From: a virus
Lineage: Duplodnaviria > Heunggongvirae > Uroviricota > Caudoviricetes
Length of the DNA: 64,000 bases
Reading direction: 5' to 3' (one strand)
Virus record (IMG/VR): IMGVR_UViG_3300043788_000176
Coordinates: 56,566 to 120,565 of that record
In this document: positions 37,694 to 46,895 of the stretch, one piece after another
Position numbering within the stretch: position 1 is the stretch's first letter
Layout: each line of letters starts with the position of its first letter
Position numbers and translations under genes: made by a program
The notes under the pieces: generated by a model
Databases searched by the model: none
Seen by the model: only the letters and a program-made list of their open reading frames with translations
What the model was told of the DNA's origin: nothing

Positions 37694-38024
37694 CGGAACC
37701 AACTCCCGCGGAGCCAAGGCGGTCTACGTCATCGATCGTATGCTGGAAATGTTCGATGGTGGGAAATACTGGGTCTGCGGTCATTGGTTTCTGCATCATC
37801 CTGATGGTAGCAAACAGCGCTGCTTGCTGACCGCGCTTCGCGCGGTGCGGAAAACTGACAAGATTTCAGGAGATAACGCCGGGCGTTATCTAGCCCGCGC
37901 AATTTTTGAAAAACATGGCGAGCGGTTGTCGATTATAATGTATAATGACGGCCATCCTAATTTTGCGGACATTGAGCGTGCGCTGCATCGTGCCCGTGAA
38001 TTGGCCGCGCAGGACATCGGCTGA
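37683..38024 (+). CDS. MPFDG-family protein 6 (divergent)
   Basis: MPFDGTNSRGAKAVYVIDRMLEMFDGGKYWVCGHW...CLLTALRA...MYNDGHPNFADIERALHRA. AGGAGC Shine-Dalgarno. Confidence 0.45.
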   Translation: MPFDGTNSRGAKAVYVIDRMLEMFDGGKYWVCGHWFLHHPDGSKQRCLLTALRAVRKTDKISGDNAGRYLARAIFEKHGERLSIIMYNDGHPNFADIERALHRARELAAQDIG

Positions 38025-38048
38025 TCCCTATATATAATGAGTCCTAGC
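38025..38048 (+). promoter_or_regulatory. repeated promoter-like element CCCTATATATAATGAGTC (copy 3)
   Basis: TCCCTATATATAATGAGTCCTAGCC directly upstream of ATG 38050. Confidence 0.35.
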
Positions 38049-38049
38049 C

Positions 38050-38655
38050 ATGCCGAAGAAGGGCGTTCCTCCCACTCCTGAGCACCTAGCGGCAATGGCT
38101 GAGGGACGCCGCCGTGCTGCTGCGGAGCGAGATGCGGTCGTTTCCCCGATCCGACCACCGCCCCGACCAGTTCCAGAAGAATCGTGGAACGCCGCGATGC
38201 TCACTGAACTCCGCGCGATCCGCACGCTTCTCGAAATGAGGTTGCCTAGCTGGACGGCCGCTACGCCAAACGCGGTCGCACGCGACATGAACCGCGAGAC
38301 TAGCAGACAGTTCGCCACCGCAAAGCTCGACCGCGCTAAGGAAGCCGTTCGCCAATTCACCAAGGTCAGCGACGGCAATCAGTGGAACGATACGAAATCA
38401 CCCAGTGCGGTCCCAGTTGTCGAGCCCGATGGCGCAGAGGACGTATTCGATCTCGGCGATGAATTGACTGAACTCAATCGCGAGATCGCCGACGAATTGC
38501 CCCCGCCGCCATCACTCGATGAGCAGTGGGTCAGCCGATTGGATAAGTTCAAGCGATTTGGGATGTGGCTCCCAGAGTGGTCGGGTCGCCCCGGTCAAGC
38601 AGATTGCGATGCGCCAGTCGAACTCCTGGAGGAATACGGCTTTGTCAAGCGATAG
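38050..38655 (+). CDS. hypothetical protein upstream of terL
   Basis: 201-aa ORF with an MPKKGVPPTPEHLAAMAEGRRRAAAERD N-terminus and an acidic C-terminus. Confidence 0.35.
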   Translation: MPKKGVPPTPEHLAAMAEGRRRAAAERDAVVSPIRPPPRPVPEESWNAAMLTELRAIRTLLEMRLPSWTAATPNAVARDMNRETSRQFATAKLDRAKEAVRQFTKVSDGNQWNDTKSPSAVPVVEPDGAEDVFDLGDELTELNREIADELPPPPSLDEQWVSRLDKFKRFGMWLPEWSGRPGQADCDAPVELLEEYGFVKR

Positions 38656-38861
38656 GTTTGTCGTGGCTTGGCGATTTCCGTGCGACGATCGGCATCGGAC
38701 ACTAGACCAAGCACTCGCCGCCGGTGCAATCGAGCGCCAGCGCTGGCACGATCAGAACCCAGACCACAAACTCGGCGCATTGTGTGTTCAGCGCATCGGT
38801 GCCAATGATGAGTGGATCGTGTCGGCTTCCGTTCTTGGCACATCCGCACTAAATCTGGTGC

Positions 38862-41800
38862 GTGAAGAGCAAGGAACGGCCATCACAGGGGAAAGGCACT
38901 AGACGCCAATCCCCCGTCCTGCGGCTAGGCGACGAGGCAATACCGCCTGAGTTACGCCATCTCCGCAATCACCCTGCCTTCGAACTCGCCTACCGCTTCC
39001 CAAAGGAAGGACTAAAGCACTTCGAGCGACTGCGGTGCGAGCAGTCGCTGCTGGCGTTTTTTGAGCGGGCGTGGCGCGAATTCGATCCGGCTGCGGTCAA
39101 GATCAATTGGCACCATGAGGCGATCTGTGAACACCTTATGGCTGTAACACGCGGAGAAATTCGCCGTTTAATCATTAACGTGCCACCTAGGGCTTCAAAA
39201 AGCAATTTAGTGAACATTATATGGCCCGCATGGACGTGGGTGCAAAAGCCGCGCGAAGCTTGGCTGTCTGGGCCGCAGATAAAATTCATGTGCATCTCTT
39301 ACGGTCAAAAACTCTCAAGTGAGATCGCGACATTAGCTCGACATCTGGTTTTATCGGAATGGTATCAGGGGAATTGGGGAGAGAAGACCAAGCTATACGA
39401 CGACCAATCGCGCATTGATAATTTTGGTAACATCTCAGGCGGCGTGCGCATTGCCACCTCGATGACTGGGTCCACCCTTGGCCGGGGCGGCGACATAAGA
39501 ATCATCGACGATGCCCAAAATGTTGAAGATGCCAACTCACCGATCGAGACGGATCGCGTGGTCCGCACTTATCGTGAATCGTTGCAAACTCGCGAAACCG
39601 ATCCGCAGACCTCAGCCGAGGTCATCATCATGCAGCGGCTCAATGAAAACGATTTGACTGGCTACATCCTGTCAGAGGCGTCGGATGACGTTGTGCATCT
39701 GGTCTACCCAATGCGGCATGATCCGACGCGTCACTGCACCACGCGGTGGTTCGATGATCCTCGGACGAAGGATCAGGAATTGCTGTGGCCGGCACAATTT
39801 CCAGAAGAGGTTGTCGCCGATCGCGAACGGCGGATGGGACCTTTTGCGGTAGCCGGGCAATATCAACAGGCCCCCGAGCCGCGCGGCGGCGGCATCTTCA
39901 AGCGCGATTGGTTTCAAGCATGGCCCGTCGTTGATGAGTATGGCGAGGTGCCCGCGGGTTCGATCATCAATGGTCGCATCATCTATCCAGCTCTCGAATA
40001 TATCGTGGCCTCGGTTGACACGGCGCATACGGCTAAAGAAGAAAATGATTACTGTGCAATGATCGTTCTGGGCGTCTTCCGTGCCGAAGGCAAGGGAAGG
40101 ATCGAGCGACAGGCTGACGGTCAGTATATTAGGATCGCTGACGATCAGGGTTATCCCAAAGTATTGTTGTTGCATGGATGGATGAAAAGGTTGACAATCC
40201 ATGGACCACCAGAAGAACTGCCAGCAGGCATTGATCTTAAACTATGGAACAGCGCGAGCTATCTCCCAGAGCGACAAAAGACATGGGGACTAGTTGAGTG
40301 GGTTCATCACAGTTGTCGGCGATATAAGGTCGATCACCTGATTATTGAAACTCAGGCAGCAGGGCATGCCTTGGATGCCGAGTTACATCGCCTACACTCC
40401 GACAGCACATGGAGTGTGGAGTTGTCTCCCGCGCGTGGAGATAAAGTGGCCCGTGGCTATAAGGTGCAAGGCATGTTCTCAAGTCATCAGTTCTATGCCC
40501 CGACGTATCAAGATGGTACTTATCCGACCTGGTGCGAACCTATTATTGACCAGTTATGTGTCTTTCCCAAGGGCAGACACGATGACGCTGTCGATGCTTG
40601 TCTCGCTCCAGAAACGCCAATTTTGACTACTAGGGGGTTAGTGCCAATCTGTGACATCGCGGTCGGCGATGAAGTGATGACCCACCGAGGTCGCTGGCGA
40701 TCGGTAACTGCGGTCGGCAACCGCATTGCGAAAGAGCGCCTACGGATCAAAGCCAAAGGCCTTGAGGCGATCGAAGTTACCGCAGAACACCCGTTTTTGA
40801 CGCTGCCTGTGATTTTTTCACAAGCCCGCGCGCTGCCAAAACGCAGAGCCGGTAACCCATCTTGGAAACCAGCAGGATGGCTGCGAGAACGCGCGCGTTA
40901 CACCTTTTTGCGTGAAGGCAAGTTAGTATCATCGCAGAAGCGTAGCGATTACGATTGTCTCGTAATACCGCGACCCATAATGGAAGATAATGATGGCTTC
41001 CTAGACGCGAGCAAGTTTGCCCCGTCCGAATCGTGGGCTGATGATCACCTCATCTATTGCAATCGACTCAGCACAGCGAAGTTGTCGGTTGCTGAGGTCA
41101 GCCAGATTGCAAAATTAAGGAATAGTAGTGCAACGGCTACGGCGGTAGCCCGTGATTTTGACATTAGCATTCCGATTGTTTGCGATATCTGGGCCGGACG
41201 CCGACCCGGACCGGGAGTGCAGACTAGCCCGCGATGGATCGAGTTAACAGAGGAGGCGGGATGGGCCTTTGGTCTTTTTGCCGCCGAGGGTTGCGTGTGT
41301 GGTGGTCAGATCATATGGACCTGCGACGGCGATGCAGTTCGCCGGGTTCAAAAATGGGCATCAACCGCCTTTGACCATTATGTCGGCATATCCGAAGGTG
41401 GCATATGCGATCGTGCAGTGCTGTCTAGTTTGGTGGTGGCACCCCTTTTCCGAACTTTCGGTTATCTCGCACGTAACAAAATTGTCCCTGCGTGGGTATT
41501 TGGGGCCTCGGATTTATTTATTAAGGGGTTTGTTGATGGATTTACTCACGGGGATGGATCATCAGCCACGCGCCGCCCTGGAGATTCGGGGCAGTTTGTG
41601 CTTACATCGTCATCGCCCTCTCTGCTTTGGGGGATGCGAATTCTACTCGCGCGACTGGGCGTCCCGTCATCGCGTGGGACACCGAAGGCTGCGGGGGCGC
41701 GCATAATCGGTGGGCAACTCCGCCAATGCCGAGAATCTTATCGGTTAGATTATAACGTCGGAGGACGAGGACATCTCGCGACAGTGCATGATGCCTACAT

Positions 41801-42041
41801 CGGGCACCACATCGAAAAAATCGAACGAATTAAAGAGGCATGCGAGGTCTTCAATATCGCCGTCAGTGAAGATGAGAGCTATCTAACGGTTGGCGGTGTC
41901 GTGCATAACTGTACCCAGGCTCTAGCCCATCTCCGCGACATCGGCATCTTTGAGCGGCGTGGCGAATACGAGATTGCCGAAGAGCAATCCAGGATTTGGA
42001 TGCCTGGGCAGCAGCGATTCGAATTGCCCTACGATCTCTGA
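38862..42041 (+). CDS. terL: terminase large subunit (T7 gp19-like), interrupted by an in-frame intein
   Basis: Walker A-like IINVPPRASKS. Motifs DIRIIDDAQN and RHDDAVDA|CTQALAHLRD parallel T7 gp19 (ADIIIADD, AHDDRLDALALG). The extein sums to about 622 aa. Confidence 0.75.
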   Translation: MKSKERPSQGKGTRRQSPVLRLGDEAIPPELRHLRNHPAFELAYRFPKEGLKHFERLRCEQSLLAFFERAWREFDPAAVKINWHHEAICEHLMAVTRGEIRRLIINVPPRASKSNLVNIIWPAWTWVQKPREAWLSGPQIKFMCISYGQKLSSEIATLARHLVLSEWYQGNWGEKTKLYDDQSRIDNFGNISGGVRIATSMTGSTLGRGGDIRIIDDAQNVEDANSPIETDRVVRTYRESLQTRETDPQTSAEVIIMQRLNENDLTGYILSEASDDVVHLVYPMRHDPTRHCTTRWFDDPRTKDQELLWPAQFPEEVVADRERRMGPFAVAGQYQQAPEPRGGGIFKRDWFQAWPVVDEYGEVPAGSIINGRIIYPALEYIVASVDTAHTAKEENDYCAMIVLGVFRAEGKGRIERQADGQYIRIADDQGYPKVLLLHGWMKRLTIHGPPEELPAGIDLKLWNSASYLPERQKTWGLVEWVHHSCRRYKVDHLIIETQAAGHALDAELHRLHSDSTWSVELSPARGDKVARGYKVQGMFSSHQFYAPTYQDGTYPTWCEPIIDQLCVFPKGRHDDAVDACLAPETPILTTRGLVPICDIAVGDEVMTHRGRWRSVTAVGNRIAKERLRIKAKGLEAIEVTAEHPFLTLPVIFSQARALPKRRAGNPSWKPAGWLRERARYTFLREGKLVSSQKRSDYDCLVIPRPIMEDNDGFLDASKFAPSESWADDHLIYCNRLSTAKLSVAEVSQIAKLRNSSATATAVARDFDISIPIVCDIWAGRRPGPGVQTSPRWIELTEEAGWAFGLFAAEGCVCGGQIIWTCDGDAVRRVQKWASTAFDHYVGISEGGICDRAVLSSLVVAPLFRTFGYLARNKIVPAWVFGASDLFIKGFVDGFTHGDGSSATRRPGDSGQFVLTSSSPSLLWGMRILLARLGVPSSRGTPKAAGARIIGGQLRQCRESYRLDYNVGGRGHLATVHDAYIGHHIEKIERIKEACEVFNIAVSEDESYLTVGGVVHNCTQALAHLRDIGIFERRGEYEIAEEQSRIWMPGQQRFELPYDL
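40599..41909 (+). mobile_element. intein (437 aa) with LAGLIDADG homing-endonuclease domain inside terL
   Basis: Begins CLAPETPILTTRGLVPICDIAVGDEV (block A, Cys1). Ends YLTVGGVVHN followed by +1 Cys (CTQ). Internal LAGLIDADG-like motifs WAFGLFAAEGC and FIKGFVDGFTHGDGS. In frame with terL. Lower GC than the flanks. Confidence 0.7.
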
Positions 42042-42077
42042 TAAAAGGCTTGACGCCCCGCGATTTGTGCGCTTCAA

Positions 42078-42305
42078 TTGCGCATGAAGCGCACCCCAAA
42101 CCCTCGCCTGCACTTCGAAGTCTCGGAAACCCTGGATGCCGAACTCCGGGCCATCGCCGAGGATCAGGGGGTTAGCCTAGCTACCGTGCTGCGCGCCGGG
42201 ATCGCGCTGGTCAAGATTTACCACCGCACGAAGCAGATCAAACGCCATCTCGGGATTGTTTCCGACCCGGCGGTTCTCGACACCGAGATCATCGGGCTTT
42301 TTTAA
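42078..42305 (+). CDS. ribbon-helix-helix (CopG-like) DNA-binding protein
   Basis: RLHFEVSETLDAELRAIAEDQGVSLATVLRAGIAL matches the RHH beta-alpha-alpha pattern. Confidence 0.4.
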   Translation: MRMKRTPNPRLHFEVSETLDAELRAIAEDQGVSLATVLRAGIALVKIYHRTKQIKRHLGIVSDPAVLDTEIIGLF

Positions 42306-42320
42306 CCATCGGAGGACGAC

Positions 42321-42776
42321 GTGGAAGTGCCCGAAATCATCACCAAGCGGCTTGCCGAGTTGAATCGCTACATCAGCGAGTTGGAAGAGCAGCTTGGACC
42401 GTTTCTCGAAGAGCGCGAAGCGCTACGGATCGCATCAATTGCGATCCGCAGCAAGGGTGCGCCGGCAGGCACACAAGAAGACTTCGAGCGAGTCGCCGCT
42501 ACACACCAGGATATGCTTGCGGCGTCGGCCTCCTGGACTTGGCCTTCTGCCGAGCCGATCCCGCATCTGCGAAATGCAGACAAGGACGAGACTCTGGAGG
42601 GGGCGCCCCGAACGATTTCTGAGAGGATTCTGGGGGCGCTCACCGAGCCGATGACCGCGCTGCAAATCGCGCACGCGCTTGGTGTTCCGGTCGCGAATGT
42701 TTCGCCGCGACTGACAACATTGTATCACCGCGGCAAACTGACCCATGAAGGGCCATTGTGGGGGCCGATCAGCTAA
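42321..42776 (+). CDS. hypothetical protein with C-terminal winged-HTH
   Basis: C-terminus MTALQIAHALGVPVANVSPRLTTLYHRGKL is MarR/wHTH-like. Confidence 0.35.
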   Translation: MEVPEIITKRLAELNRYISELEEQLGPFLEEREALRIASIAIRSKGAPAGTQEDFERVAATHQDMLAASASWTWPSAEPIPHLRNADKDETLEGAPRTISERILGALTEPMTALQIAHALGVPVANVSPRLTTLYHRGKLTHEGPLWGPIS

Positions 42777-42804
42777 CTGAATCACTGAACAAGGGAGACG
42801 ACCA

Positions 42805-43674
42805 ATGCCGTTTGACGGGAACACCGTAGAGTTTGAAGATGTCGTTGATGCCAAGGTAACGCGGTCGTCCGCCAAACCAATTCGGCATCCAATGTGGCCA
42901 TTTGCGGTAGCCACGATAATAATGATAATAACTGCTGCTGGCGCATTCGCACTCGTTTGGTTGTCGCCAGATCGGACAACCCCAAAGCCAGTTCCAACTC
43001 CGGTTCCAGCCCATCAACCTATGGTGGCTGTTGGCGATGCCGCTCTCTGTGCGTCGGTAGACGCCCACGGCATATGGTCAGCAGTGTCGTGTGGTGGCGA
43101 CTCCACATCACCGCGTTCTGGTCCCGTCGAGGCATTCGCGATCGAAGAAGACACCTACTACGACGCCAATGGCGGCATCATTAGTCGGAACCGCGATGTC
43201 TTCGGGACGGGGCGAACCAGCTGTGGCGATCAGGATTGCCCAGGCCCGCAGGCCATTACTAGCGGCAATTTTGTCAATATCGACAGCAACGGCACGCCCC
43301 AATGGGTTGTCTCATCATCGTCGTCTGGCATCATGACGTATCCCTCTGGTCAACAACTACTGGGTGGCGCCGCCACAGCGGCGATGGCTGGGGGAATGGA
43401 TGTCCGCAGTCTAACCGTGTTGGGGCAACAGATTGATCTTCCGCCTCACGCGCTACTAACATTCGACGGTAATGGCAACGCCGTCATTTCTCTCCTTCAC
43501 TATGACCCGCAGCCAACGATCACTTGGCACGGGGTCAAGGAAACTTTCTATGACGCGGCTGGCTTCCCGCTGCGCTCGACGACCAATGTTCACTTTTACA
43601 ACGGGGAATACTGCCACCCCGGCTACCAGTCCAGCGCGGGCGCGCCTGCTACTGGGCGCACGCCGAACACTTGA
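42805..43674 (+). CDS. MPFDG-N-terminus membrane protein (family member 7, fused to TM and extracytoplasmic domain)
   Basis: Starts MPFDGNTVEF, then TM helix WPFAVATIIMIITAAGAFALVWL and a ~230-aa Gly/Ser/Thr-rich domain. GGAGACGACC Shine-Dalgarno like the other family members. Confidence 0.4.
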   Translation: MPFDGNTVEFEDVVDAKVTRSSAKPIRHPMWPFAVATIIMIITAAGAFALVWLSPDRTTPKPVPTPVPAHQPMVAVGDAALCASVDAHGIWSAVSCGGDSTSPRSGPVEAFAIEEDTYYDANGGIISRNRDVFGTGRTSCGDQDCPGPQAITSGNFVNIDSNGTPQWVVSSSSSGIMTYPSGQQLLGGAATAAMAGGMDVRSLTVLGQQIDLPPHALLTFDGNGNAVISLLHYDPQPTITWHGVKETFYDAAGFPLRSTTNVHFYNGEYCHPGYQSSAGAPATGRTPNT

Positions 43675-43686
43675 TGGAGGTTGGTA

Positions 43687-44019
43687 ATGCCCTTTGACGG
43701 GACGATGAATCCGATCGTGCTGGAACTGCAAACCGCGCGCGGTCGGATAGAGCGAGGGTGGTGCCAGTTCAGCCTTCAAACCTCGCTTGGGGAGGTGTGT
43801 CTGCTCGGGGCGCTGGGGTACACCCAGCCAGGGAGAGAACCGATGACACCAGCCGCTCTTGCGGTGGCGAGGCAAATTTATCCTGTGCATCATAAAACGC
43901 CGCAACCCCTCATGTTGGCGATGTGGAATGACGATCTTTCGCGCACGAAGGCGGAGGTTCTGGCGGTTTTTGATCAGGCGATTGCCGCCGAGAGCCTGGG
44001 CGTGGGGCCGCTGAATTGA
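43687..44019 (+). CDS. MPFDG-family protein 8
   Basis: MPFDGTMNPIVLELQTARGRIERGWCQ...CLLGALG...MWNDDLSRTKAEVLAVFDQAI. Confidence 0.5.
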   Translation: MPFDGTMNPIVLELQTARGRIERGWCQFSLQTSLGEVCLLGALGYTQPGREPMTPAALAVARQIYPVHHKTPQPLMLAMWNDDLSRTKAEVLAVFDQAIAAESLGVGPLN

Positions 44020-44348
44020 GCGCTCCGCATGTTTATGTTGACGCTGACTTAGCGCGTCGTCTGATAGTAAGGGCGCGGGATATTGGATATGATGTGTCTT
44101 TTGGTTCAGAAGGAGAGCTGGTCTTGACTTGTCGGAGGCATGTATTCGTGCCGCAAACCATGCGGTGCGGGCGCTGCTTTGCGCGGGCGTGGCCGACATG
44201 GGGCGAGCCGATGACGCCAGAAGCGGCGCTGGCGGAAGATCGCGAACGCATCGAAGCGGAACATGCAGCGCGTATGGCAGAATTGCCATCGTTCTATGTG
44301 CCATGGCATGGGAGTGACGCGGGGAAGGCTTCGCAATCCCGATCGTGA
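44016..44348 (+). CDS. hypothetical protein
   Basis: 110-aa ORF between MPFDG member 8 and the portal gene. Confidence 0.3.
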   Translation: MSAPHVYVDADLARRLIVRARDIGYDVSFGSEGELVLTCRRHVFVPQTMRCGRCFARAWPTWGEPMTPEAALAEDRERIEAEHAARMAELPSFYVPWHGSDAGKASQSRS

Positions 44349-44426
44349 TATAAGTGTCGGGCCAGCCGGGATCGCTGGCCTGATCCGCATCCAGCCTCGG
44401 GGTCGTGGCGTGCGTAAAGGCACGTC

Positions 44427-46781
44427 ATGCCCGACGATCTGGCGCACGGGTTCTCCCGTATCCCGCCTCCCGATGAGCCCGAGGGTCTTCCCGAGGACGA
44501 GGGAGGCGAGGTCTCGGTTCTCACCGACGACCCCTCAGTCAAGCCCAGGCTTGACCCCAAGACTGGGGCCTTGTCAATTGACACCGAGGATGGCGGCGTT
44601 GTTGTCCAATTCAACCCGCCAAAGCCGCAAGCCGACACCCGCGACGACAAGTTTTTCGCCAATCTCGCCGACAAGATCAGTGCCGAGGCCCGCAACGAGA
44701 TCGTCAGCGAACTCCTAGAGGGGATCGCGGCCGATGACCAGTCGCGCACGCAATGGCTCGACATGCGTGCCGAAGGGATCAAGATGCTCGGCATCGCGCT
44801 GGAAAAGCCGCGCGCCGATGCTGGCAACACGACCGAGCCGTTCGAGGGGATGTCGACAATCCGGCATCCGCTGCTGTCCGAAGCCATCGCCCGATTCCAA
44901 GCCAATGCCGCCGCCGAACTCTATCCGCCGAGCGGCCCCGTCAAGGTCCGCGACGATCGGCCTTCGAAGCCGAGTGGTGCCAACGACATCCCCGGCATCG
45001 GCGACAATGGCGGCCCGCCTCTCGATGACGGGAGTCCGCCCGTTCAAGCGACTCGTGAGGAACTCGCCGAGGCACTGGAAAAGGGCTTCAACCACAATCT
45101 GACGGTGGTTGACCGCGGCTATCGCCCCGACAGCGTGCGGATGCTGTTCGAGATCGGTTTCTCCGGCTGTGCCTTTAAAAAGGTCTACGACTGCCCAATC
45201 CGCGAACGCCCGATCAGCCGCTTTGTCAAGGCGACCGACATCATCGTCGCCGACGCCACTTCGGACGCGCGCGATGCTGGCCGACTGACGCACCGCATTG
45301 TGATGCGGCAGAGCGTGGTCAGGCGGATGCAGATCCTCGGCGTCTACCGCGATATCGAACTGCATGAGCCATTCTTCGAGCCCAATGCTGCGGAACAAGC
45401 GACCGCCCGCGCTCAGGGGCTCGAAGACAAGCCGCAGCGCCAAGAGGACCAGCCGCGCACGATCTACGAATCCTATGTCGAACTCGACATTGAGGGGTTT
45501 GAGCACAAACGGCACGGGAAGCCGACTGGGCTGCCGTTGCCCTACAAGGTCACGATCGACAAAGACAGCCGCGAGATGCTCGAACTGCGGCGCAATTGGG
45601 AGGAAGACGACGACACCTTTCAGCCGCGCACCGTGTTCGTCAAATTCGGATTTATCCCGGCGCTCGGATTTTACGACATTGGTCTGTTGCACCTGTTGGG
45701 TAACGGCGACAAAGCCCTGACCGCTGCGTGGCGCGAGGCGCTCGACACCGGGATGTTCAATAACTTTCCGGGGTTCATGTATAATGAAGGCGTCATCCGC
45801 AACTGGACGAATCAGAACCGCATCCCGCCTGGCGGGGGGCTTGGGATCAAGGGAGTACCCCCCAATGTTCCGTTGCGCAATGTTCTGGAACCGCTGCCGT
45901 ACAAGGATGTCAGCGCCGGGCTCGTTGGCATCACGACCCACATCGAGCAGCGCATGGATCGGGTCGCCAGCATGGGCGAATTGCCGGTTGGCGAGGGCGT
46001 GCAAAACGCCCCGGTGGGAACCACCCTGGCTCTGCTCGATCAAGCCCAGAAGTTATTGGCTGCGGTGCATATCGGGCTGCACGCCAGTCAAGCCGAGGAA
46101 TTTGCCCTATTAAAGGAGCGCTACAAGCAGAACCCAGAATCGTTCTGGCGGTGGAATAAGAAGGGCTATGCGTGGGAGGAGAGCCTGTTCCTCCAGGCCC
46201 TCGATGATTGCGAGATCGTCCCGGCGGCCGATCCGAATACCGCATCGCACACCCTACGGCTGATCAAGTGCCAAGCGGTCAAGCTGGTGGCGCAGATGAA
46301 CCCGCAGATGTACGACATGAAAAAGGTTGATGAGTGGGTCTTCAAGATGATCGGGGTTGCCGATTCCGACTCCTTCTTCGCGCCGCCGCCCGATCCCAAC
46401 GCGCCGCCGCCAGCAATCCCGGTTGACCCCAACAAGCAGGCGCAGGTCCAGCAGAAACAGGATCAGGTGCAGACCGAGAATCAGGCCAAGATCGCGGCGC
46501 TCCAAGTCAAAGGCCAGCAGCAGGAACAGGACAACGCCGCCAAGATGGCCGAGATGCAGATGGGGCAAGCGGCAGAATCCCGTGACGCCCAACTTCAAGC
46601 ACAACAAAGCGTTGTAGAGAGCGCCGATCGCGAGGCCGACCGCGCCTCACGCGAACGGGTCGCGGCGATGCGTGAGCAAACCGAGCAGGCCAAATTACAG
46701 CACGAGGCAACGCAAAACACCATGGACCGCGCCCACGAAACGCTAACCGCACCTCCGCCCGCCGCCCCTGAAACGCCATAA
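44427..46781 (+). CDS. portal (head-to-tail connector) protein, podovirus type
   Basis: 784-aa protein downstream of terL. Long Gln/Glu-rich C-terminal tail (QVQQKQDQVQTENQAK...) like T7 gp8-type connectors. Assignment is by size, position and composition. Confidence 0.5.
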   Translation: MPDDLAHGFSRIPPPDEPEGLPEDEGGEVSVLTDDPSVKPRLDPKTGALSIDTEDGGVVVQFNPPKPQADTRDDKFFANLADKISAEARNEIVSELLEGIAADDQSRTQWLDMRAEGIKMLGIALEKPRADAGNTTEPFEGMSTIRHPLLSEAIARFQANAAAELYPPSGPVKVRDDRPSKPSGANDIPGIGDNGGPPLDDGSPPVQATREELAEALEKGFNHNLTVVDRGYRPDSVRMLFEIGFSGCAFKKVYDCPIRERPISRFVKATDIIVADATSDARDAGRLTHRIVMRQSVVRRMQILGVYRDIELHEPFFEPNAAEQATARAQGLEDKPQRQEDQPRTIYESYVELDIEGFEHKRHGKPTGLPLPYKVTIDKDSREMLELRRNWEEDDDTFQPRTVFVKFGFIPALGFYDIGLLHLLGNGDKALTAAWREALDTGMFNNFPGFMYNEGVIRNWTNQNRIPPGGGLGIKGVPPNVPLRNVLEPLPYKDVSAGLVGITTHIEQRMDRVASMGELPVGEGVQNAPVGTTLALLDQAQKLLAAVHIGLHASQAEEFALLKERYKQNPESFWRWNKKGYAWEESLFLQALDDCEIVPAADPNTASHTLRLIKCQAVKLVAQMNPQMYDMKKVDEWVFKMIGVADSDSFFAPPPDPNAPPPAIPVDPNKQAQVQQKQDQVQTENQAKIAALQVKGQQQEQDNAAKMAEMQMGQAAESRDAQLQAQQSVVESADREADRASRERVAAMREQTEQAKLQHEATQNTMDRAHETLTAPPPAAPETP

Positions 46782-46895
46782 AGGGGCTTGCATTTGTCGC
46801 GGCATTGTTTAAATGTTCAACACACAGCCGTCGCGGCCACGGCGGTTGTGGTAGGGGGATAGGCCCCTCCCTTTTTGGCCGACGGGAGACGCAAA

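Noticed and set aside
44715-46043. 442-aa minus-strand ORF
   Set aside because: Lies entirely antisense within the portal gene. No motifs. High-GC frame artefact.
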